From Minutocellus sp. GHC0000111 (Eukaryota), in the NCBI GenBank assembly GCA_977018835.1, contig OZ361258.1:186001-250000 (forward strand): DNA of 64,000 nt. Direction: 5' to 3'. The notes beneath the pieces are model-generated. The model was not told where the DNA came from. It saw nothing but the letters and a program-made list of their open reading frames with translations, and made no database searches. Made by a program: the position numbers and the translations under genes. The stretch's first letter is position 1. Each line of letters starts with the position of its first letter. This document shows, in pieces, positions 56,190 through 64,000 of this stretch.

Positions 56190-57795
56190 TTACCAATCCA
56201 CCCCGACAACCTTCAGCTTGGGCCGATCGGCATCGCCACCATCATCGTTTCCGCCCGATCCATTATCTTTCTCGCCACTATGTCGTCCATAGATGTCATC
56301 CCGGCCGTCGTGCTCGCGCCTGTAGGTATCAATAGTCGTTCCGCCCTCCGATTTCGGTTTCCAATCCACATCGCCAGTGCCGGCAGCATCGGCATTCGCG
56401 GCGGCGGCACCATTCACGGCCTCTACCGATACTACCTCTCGAGGCTCACCGAGCTTGTACAGGATGCCGCTCCTCGTCTGAACGGTGGCGCCCTCCTGTG
56501 CGAACTCGGAATTGACAATGACGCTCGAGGTGATATCCGATCCGTCATCAATCTCGGGATTGTCCACCGCGGTGCCGGTAATGCTATTGTTGGGCAGCAG
56601 CTTCCAATTGGCGATGGTGCCGCCATACGTTGGCTTGGCCGCACCGAGCGATTGGGTCGATCCACGTACAGCCGCCGCCGGTCGAGGAGCAGCTGCTGCG
56701 TTGCCATTGCCATTGCCCATGCTGTCCACCTTTTGCATCAACGTCGCTCCGGCATTCTTCATCTCGGCAATTTCTCTTTGCAGAGATTCCACGGTCCCCT
56801 CCAAGGCCTCGATCCGCGGCACCAACGTGGCCATGGCGCTCTCACTGTACTTGCCAAGACAATCGGTCTCGATGTTGAGTTTGTCTCCAACCAATTTGCT
56901 CGGAACGACGATGTGCTTTTGGGTATACTCGATCAGCATGAACGTAAACCAATTGTCGTTTGTGTCCACATCGCACACCGTCAGACTGGTACCATCAATG
57001 GCCACAAATCCCTTGGGGACGATGTATCGCAAAATCTCCGGAGCCACCTGCACCTTGTACCACAAACTGTCCTCGTCGATCCACCGATCAAGGACGGTGC
57101 CGACGCCGTCGACGTGTCCCTGGACGAAATGTCCCGAGTTGCGGCCGCCAATCTCCGATGCCCGCTCGAGGTTGACGGCCGTCCCGGGCCCAAAGGTTTC
57201 GGCTCCGTCGGCAAAGTAGGTCCGTCGCAGGGTTTCCGGGGCAAGGCCGACCGTGAACGTGGATGCGTCGGTGTCCAGCGCTGTGGCGGTGAGGCACACG
57301 CCATTGACGGCAATCGAGCAGCTGTGTTTGTCAGTTTGACGATGGAGAATGAGATGACGACATGAGATGGGTGAAATAACACTGGAATTCAATATATACA
57401 GAGTACATGTAGAAGAGTGGTTGCATTCGGTAGCGCATGGGCATGCAACGCAGCGAAATGCAGCAAGCCACGCCTTTTCATGGCATGTGCAGTCACATGA
57501 CGTGTTCGTCCTGTTCGGCTCACCCAAAATAGGCCCCGTCCATGACGACGTCTACCCTGACGACGAGCTCGGTGCCGCTGCCCTGGGTGCCGTCCCAGAG
57601 CGTCATGTCGTCCCGCTGCGCCAGGCTGACGACGGATCCCATCTCTTCAACGATCCCCGTGAACATGTTGCGCGACGTGACAGTGGTCGGAGGCGGTGGG
57701 ACGTGCCAAGGTGACGAGAGCTGGCGGAAGGGCGGATGGAACGCACCGGCGCATCGCAGGCTCGTGCCGAGGAGGAAGAAGGTGACCTGAAACAT
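56190..57795 (-). CDS. Plastid-targeted riboflavin synthase (alpha chain) with C-terminal extension; intron 57322-57523
   Basis: Signal peptide + AGAF motif, MFTGIVEE, spliced GCSIAVNGVCLT, VNLERA, GHFVQGHVDG, KGFVAIDGTSLTV, NIETD. Confidence 0.93.
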
Positions 57796-58172
57796 GAGCG
57801 TCGTTGCAGCTGGTTTGTTGGTACATGAATGTATGTATGTAGAGCGATGCATGGTATCGGTAGTACAAAGGAGGAGCTGCATGCGCGGCAAGGATGAGGT
57901 GGAGCTAGCAGTTTCTGTCATGATGACAGCAGGTTTCTTTCCCTTACGACTTACACAGGAGAAAGGAATCATAACCCGATACGGACTGCCCTGGCTGGGG
58001 ATGGGGATGCTGCGTTGCTGCTGCTGCTGCTGCAATGAAAATGAGCTGACTGAGCTACGCACTACGGTGTGGCTGGCTGCTTGTAGCGACACGCCGGTGA
58101 AAAACAGCACCATGAAATTCTAATTTTTGTTAGGGTTAGGGCTCGACAGTCGCGCAATTATTCTTTTTAGAG

Positions 58173-59696
58173 ATGAACGACAGCACTGGAGCCAGCACCG
58201 GCCGCGTCCTGCGGGTGTGGAATCCACCTCCCGGTGGGGTCCGTCCCGCCGACGGCACAGAGCTTGAGATGCAGCAGCTCTTCGACATGCTCCCGAAGGA
58301 ACTATCGGAACATCTGCGGCATCACTTTGCCAGCCGACTCATGGATCTGAACGAAATATACCTCCAGCTAGGGCAGATACCGGAATGCATCTTTGCCGAT
58401 CCGCAGACGGGCGCTACAATCCGACAGCCGATATTGGACAGTCCTTGCACGGATGCTCACGTGGAATTGTTTGCGTCGCTGTTTGCGGCAGATGAGAACA
58501 ATGGCATGGCAACGACGAAACGGAGAGGGATAACAGGAACTTTGCATCGCATATCGCTGATCACTCATCCCATGAGAATGCCGGAAAAGGTTCTGGGAGT
58601 TGCCGTCCGGGTAGGCAGAGCCATGACCGGATTGATGGCCAACATGACCTGGAAGTCGTTTTTGATAGACATGGCCCAGCGCAAACAATCATTGCTGCTA
58701 ATCGGCATTCCTGGGGTTGGAAAGACTACCGCATTGCGTGAAATCGCCCGCACATTGGCAGAAGACAATCGATTAAACTGTGTGGTGGTGGATAAAACTT
58801 GTGAAATCGCCGGTGATGGGGATTCGCCGCATCCGGCAATTGGCAAGGCCCGATGGATGCCAGTAGGAAGACCAAATTTGCAGCACGAAATCATGAGGGA
58901 AGCTGTTGAGAATCAAAGTCCCGATGTGATCATTGTCGATGAGATATCAACACCGCAAGAAGTTGAAGCTGCTCGAACTATATCGCAACGAGGAGTACAG
59001 CTCATTGCTACCGTGCATGGTCGGACACTGCCAGAAATAATGACGTGCAAAGAACGAGGTAATTTGGTTGGCGGGGTGGCGTCAGTAACGCTTTCTGGAT
59101 TTGAAGCCGAGCGAAGGTACGACAAGCGCAAACAGGTGCAAAAACGAGCAAGGGAGCCGGTATTTACCGCCGCTTTGGAGCTACGGAGTCGAACGGAATG
59201 GATATATCATCCATCAATCAAAGAAGCGGTTGATTGCTATTTGGATGGCGAGCCGGTGGATGCTCAGCAGCTAATCCCTGGCAAGAGCATGGCGATTGCA
59301 GCAATTCCTGGCGAAGGAATCTTTGATTACTGTTCTGCGTGTGGAGGCATGGCAGGAACCTGCCCTGACCATCTGGGTGGACATGCAGCATCGACGTCTG
59401 ACCATAGAGCATCATCAAGCCCTGCGGCATCACCGACCTACCAACGATCGACGAATTTTGGCGCAGCCGCTTCTCCCTCTCCCAGAGTAGCTTCACCAGC
59501 CCCAGCGCCGACTTCTTTACAATCTACAAACGACACCAGCGGTACATTTACTTTTTCCAGTGGCGGAACCGGTGGCAGTAGGAATCAAAACCGAGGAGGT
59601 AGAGGTGGGCGACGCAGGTGGAGAGCTCCGCGAGGGAGCGGTAAATGCCACAAATGTCAAGAGGAAGGCCACTACGCAAGAGATTGTCCGAATTAA
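58173..59696 (+). CDS. Ycf45/SpoIIIAA-like AAA ATPase with C-terminal CCHC zinc knuckle
   Basis: GITGTLHRIS, RVGRA, GIPGVGKTT, EIAGDGD.PH, EAVEN..P.VIIVDEI, RGVQLIATVHG; RGG tract and CHKCQEEGHYARDC. Confidence 0.9.
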   Translation: MNDSTGASTGRVLRVWNPPPGGVRPADGTELEMQQLFDMLPKELSEHLRHHFASRLMDLNEIYLQLGQIPECIFADPQTGATIRQPILDSPCTDAHVELFASLFAADENNGMATTKRRGITGTLHRISLITHPMRMPEKVLGVAVRVGRAMTGLMANMTWKSFLIDMAQRKQSLLLIGIPGVGKTTALREIARTLAEDNRLNCVVVDKTCEIAGDGDSPHPAIGKARWMPVGRPNLQHEIMREAVENQSPDVIIVDEISTPQEVEAARTISQRGVQLIATVHGRTLPEIMTCKERGNLVGGVASVTLSGFEAERRYDKRKQVQKRAREPVFTAALELRSRTEWIYHPSIKEAVDCYLDGEPVDAQQLIPGKSMAIAAIPGEGIFDYCSACGGMAGTCPDHLGGHAASTSDHRASSSPAASPTYQRSTNFGAAASPSPRVASPAPAPTSLQSTNDTSGTFTFSSGGTGGSRNQNRGGRGGRRRWRAPRGSGKCHKCQEEGHYARDCPN

Positions 59697-59807
59697 TAGC
59701 TAGCTACGTAGATTCATAAACGATACCCTATGACTACTAGATAATTTGCATGCTAATTCCATGAGTCGGAAAGGGGAAGGGGATCGAGCAGCAGTAGCTG
59801 GCATAGA

Positions 59808-62733
59808 CTACTTGCGTTGTGGCGCCGGCCTCTCTGATTTGCTTGTATCTTTGCCTTTGAGACATACCTGATGTTGGATATGATATTTCAGGCCTTCTAC
59901 GCCAAACTGGCGGCCGCAGTGTTTGCACGTGACCTTGTTATTGACTATGGGAGGCTTCTCGACGGGTTTGGAAGCAGCTTTCGTCGAAGGGACGGTCCCT
60001 GGTTTAGGGGTTTTGCTTGTATCCATCCCCTTGAGACATACCTTATGCTTGAGATGGTACCTTAGACCCTCAACGCCGAATGCACGTCCGCAGTGCATGC
60101 ACTCGACCTGCTTATTGATGATTGTCGGAGCCGTTGTGACGGGCTTAGGATGCTTCTTTGAGATACTGGCCTTTTTTATTGATCCGGCCTTCTTCTTCGC
60201 TATGGCGGCGGGCTTCGCAGAAACCTTCATGGAGGCGACTACGTCATTCACTACATTCTTGCTTGATGTAGTCACAGTATTGCTTCGAGGAATCGGAATT
60301 GCAGCACCGACGCCGGCATCACCACGGAGACGCATGAAGTGCTCCTTTCGCAGATCTACGGTATCAACATGACTATCATCGTACAAAAGCGTTGCACGAG
60401 TAGAAGCACGAAGCGCCGTCACAGTCGCCGGATAGTACATCTTATCTAGATCCCAGTAAATGGCGACACGCGAGCCAAAGATCACCGCTGGACTTTTGGC
60501 CACCGCTTGAGCAGCCTTATATGCTTCCTCTTCCAGCTTAGCGAACCAAAATTCACCCTGCTTGACGAATGAAAACTCGTCCAAAGTCTTTCGTACCACC
60601 TGATAAGCAGCACCCGCCATTTCTTTGGTATAAAAAGTCCCAATGTACCTCTTCCTACCGCCGTACATAACCTGTGCCTCGAACTTTCCACTGTCTCGTC
60701 GCATGCGTACTCCTCGGGGCAAGGAATTGGCCACTGCCTGAGAATCAACAGCAGTCTGGTTCTTGGCTGACCCAGGTCCGACACCGGCGAAGGGTCGATC
60801 CAATGAAAAATTGTGATCGTCTGATTTTGCATCAGCATGATGATACATATTACTGATCGTTTCCATTGCATGCGCTCTTGTGTTTTCATAGACTTCGTTT
60901 AGATCGACATTCGGCCGATTCTTCTTGGCTTCGAGGCTACCTTTGATGCTCTCGTAAACATAAGACGCGGCGTGAGCCGAATCAAACGACCCAATATATT
61001 TTTCGATATTAGCGACTTTGATCCGAGCGGCGTACCTGCCAGATCTCTCTTGTACACCTCGAGGCAATGACGTCGTCTGTGCCGTATGCTTCGCTGGAGC
61101 CTTGGCCTTGGCGGCGGCTACCTTTGTAACGGCCTTTTGTCTTTGCAGGCTTGGCCTTTTCATTGGTCGCTTTTGTTGCCTCAGTTGCCTTGCCCTTGGT
61201 CTTGCTCACAATCGCAGAATAATCAAAACTGGCAGTTAGCTTCTGCAACACACCCGCCCTGGCCGATTCAAAAACGGCATTGATATCGACACCATCTGGC
61301 TGACCTAGTTTCAAGTCCACGGCCGAGCGGACGGACTTGTAGGCACAATTTGCCTGCTCGGCTGTATTGAACACTCCGATAAATTTTCGTACTCTGTTCA
61401 CGCTGACCTCGGCCCTATACTCGCCGGAAGACGTTAAGAATACGCCGTGAGATATTGGCACTGGTCGTGAGGGTTGCGATGGCATCGTCGGTGCATTTGT
61501 TGGTACATCCTGGGAATTGGTCTTTGTTTGCTCTGCCAACTCCTTCGCCTTGATTCTAGCGGCATCAAACACCACGTCCCGACCCTCTCGGTCCGTGGGA
61601 TCCAATCCAGAACTCGTCAGGATATTCTTCACATATCCGTACGCCCAGATCGCATGGTCCGCTTTATCAAACGTACCAATGTGACGGGAACGTCCAGCAA
61701 CCGTGATGGCGGCCTTGAATCTGGAATTGTGTTGAGAAATACCACGCCACTGGCCCTGACCCCAAGTTTTGGGTTTCGCTTTGGCCGTATCATGCGGCAC
61801 ATCGGCATCTTCTGTCGGCGCATGGTAGTTTTGGATATAATCCGACGGAGTAGATGCAGCGATGGCCTTGACCTGCTCGGAAACGATGAGACTCGATGGC
61901 TTGGTCCAGGTAACCTCGTTGGTTTGGATGTGGTAGTAGTATGGCTTTCCCGACGTGGCATCGATGGTTTCCCGCCAATCGCACTCGATTTCCTCGATCT
62001 TGGGTACAACTGACACACTTTCGGTTGCTTCGGCCACAGTCGATTCCTCATCCGACTTGCCACCCGCGTCCATCGACACCTTGCGCTTCGACTGTTGCTC
62101 CGAATCCTCACCCGACTTGCTACCCTTGTCCATCGAAACCTTGCGCTTCGACTGTTGCTCCACCTGATTCTCACCATGCGACTTGTTGTCCTCTTCATTA
62201 CGATCCATAGAACTTTTCCTCGCCCTATTGACCGCCGGTATCTCACTCTTCCGCTCAAACTCCATCATAATGTCCACCTTGGACCGCTTGGGGGCGCGCT
62301 TGCTCGACCGTCTGGCCGAGGCCAGCTCCTCGTTGTAGTGCCGGTTGCACTTGCCACTCTGGCTGGAGACGCCTTGCTTTGTGCAGCCGTCGACTGCGCA
62401 AATGGCCTTGGGGGGTTTGAACTTGGAATTGGAGCGCTTGGCGGAGCTAGTAGGGGTGACCAGGCCAGCGTCGGTAGTGCCGGTGGCGGAGGTCGGCGTA
62501 TCATCGTCTGTTGCATCAGATGTGGTCCCGTCAAATGCACGATGGAGATCGGAGGTCGGCGTGACTGTCGTGGCCTTGATCGGGGTCTCATCGGATGGGG
62601 CCGTAATGGGTGGGGAGGAAAAGATTGCAGCTGCCGCATCGGCCAGGGATGTGCGCTTGGCGGGGGTGAAGAGGAGGCGGTGGGTCCGCGGGGACGCCTC
62701 CGCATCTTCCGCCAGCATTTTTTCGTTCAGCAT
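59808..62733 (-). CDS. Multi-AP2 transcription factor with WW, Tudor-like and zinc-finger domains; frameshift at 61135-61138
   Basis: CAVDGC...C.RH; WW domain WRETIDATSGKPYYY..T.EVTWTKP; four AP2 repeats (RG......F.A.I......IG.F.T...A..AY); RVAIYW..D..YY...V; two C.HCGR.FGVEGL.YH..H.VC repeats. Confidence 0.85.
62044..62161. repeat. 60-bp tandem duplication in coding sequence (EQQSKRKVSMD x2)
   Basis: ccttgcgcttcgactgttgctcc recurs with a 60-nt period. Confidence 0.85.
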
Positions 62734-63194
62734 TTATGTCTTGGGATTTGGCGCAATTTTTTGTGCTCGAAAATCTCGGGTTGACTGAAGCGTCGGCCGG
62801 CTGGATGATAATCAAATATATATATATTAAAAAAGCAGACAATAAAGGAAAGATACGCTTGGTGGTGGTGGATTGTCCTGTTCCGGGGGGAGATATCCAG
62901 GCAGTAAGATACTGGCGGGTTCGGGAGCGGGGAGAGGATGAGAGGCCGGCCGCGTGGCGCCAAAAATGAGGAAAAGACTTCCAATACGGGCTTCGGAGTA
63001 TGTTTTTTTATCGAACCGAAATCTGGAGATTTCTTTGCTTCAAACCTTCCTCCTACGGGTAGTCAATTTTAGAATTTACAGATTCACCCTATATAAAACT
63101 TTAGATTGGTACTCTAAGCATACAATCTAATTGTTTGTTATGAAGCTCTAGCGGCTATGAATGTTTTCATTTCATTTTTTGTTCAATAAGTAAT

Positions 63195-64000
63195 TCAATT
63201 CTTTGTTGCGGCAGCATGAAACTGCAACGATTTGGTCTGGTTGTTGAAGTGAAGGAGCAACCCGACTGCATCCTCCTCATTGTTGTTTTTCTTGGGTAGA
63301 GTAGGCACCTCAAGGCCGGGAAGATCCGCCATACTCTCAGCCGATACCTCCTCTCTTCTTGGTTGGGTTGGAGTGACAGCGGTAGAGTCATCCGACGAGT
63401 AAGATATGATAAGATTGGGCTGACACAACGGGCTGGACGTGGTCAAGGTTGAGAGAGCCTCGGCGGCGATGGCATCATCGTCACTGAGATCCGACCGAAT
63501 GGACTTGATGGTGCTTGCCAACGTCGATGGAGGGGACGGAGCACTACTGCTCATCTGATTCTCCAGGGCAGGAGGTGGCGTGGCCGTCGACACCTTGCGG
63601 ACATACTCGGCCTTGGCGTAGTTGGGGGTAGTACCGGCACTCGCCGCCTCGGCACGGGCCCGCTTCCTCTCCCGGCTCTTCCGGGCGTGCATGCGGTTGC
63701 GCTCGCGGCGCATGCGATCGAGTTCGTCCGGAGTGCACGTGCTGCGATCCTTGGACAGGAGGTCGTAGTCGATATCGTCGATGGCTCGAGCCTTGGGGGA
63801 CGGCGGCTCCCTCGATCGCTTCCGGCCGACCAATCTGAGCCCACTTGCTCCCCAGCTTTTGATACGTCTCGATGATGGCATCGTCCTCGACCCTCGTCCA
63901 CGCCCCCTTGTTGATGCTGGGATCCAAATGGTTGTACCACCGCTCCCGCCACTGCTTGCCCAGCCGTCCCGAGTCGAGTTCCTTGGCCAGAAAGCTCCAA
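63195..64000 (-). CDS. MYB-repeat protein continuing via a frame change near 63830 into a bZIP basic region; 5' end lies outside the window
   Basis: GRLGKQWRERWYNHLDP.INKG.WT..ED..I......GSKWAQI; then ELDRMRRERNRMHARKSRERKR. Confidence 0.7.
   Translation of the reverse strand, partial: GAFWPRNSTRDGWASSGGSGGTTIWIPASTRGRGRGSRTMPSSRRIKSWGASGLRLVGRKRSREPPSPKARAIDDIDYDLLSKDRSTCTPDELDRMRRERNRMHARKSRERKRARAEAASAGTTPNYAKAEYVRKVSTATPPPALENQMSSSAPSPPSTLASTIKSIRSDLSDDDAIAAEALSTLTTSSPLCQPNLIISYSSDDSTAVTPTQPRREEVSAESMADLPGLEVPTLPKKNNNEEDAVGLLLHFNNQTKSLQFHAAATKN

Noticed and set aside
56280..57365. 361-aa plus-strand ORF
   Set aside because: Antisense shadow of riboflavin synthase.

Overview
Eukaryotic, gene-dense window, most likely a diatom: short GT-AG introns, ASAFAP-type plastid presequences and a CoDi-like Copia element. 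A possible flagellar docking-complex gene hints at a centric diatom. There are about 24 host genes (metabolism, channels, plastid proteins, transcription and chromatin factors) and three delimited transposons: a full-length Ty1/copia element (42848-49056, TSD TTCAG) and two TA-flanked mariner-like elements (32232-34542, 49538-52940). Most notable: (1) a directional TpA->TpG/CpA mutation pattern in the transposons, the reverse of fungal RIP and a candidate repeat-targeted hypermutation system; (2) the Copia lacks a canonical tRNA PBS but has a PBS-position sequence complementary to its own LTR (Tf1-like self-priming); (3) an in-frame UGA between gag and pol; (4) a Tudor-like domain after the integrase. 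Many single-base frameshifts in host genes fall in homopolymers and are probably assembly errors. All family calls come from motif recognition by eye, not from database searches.
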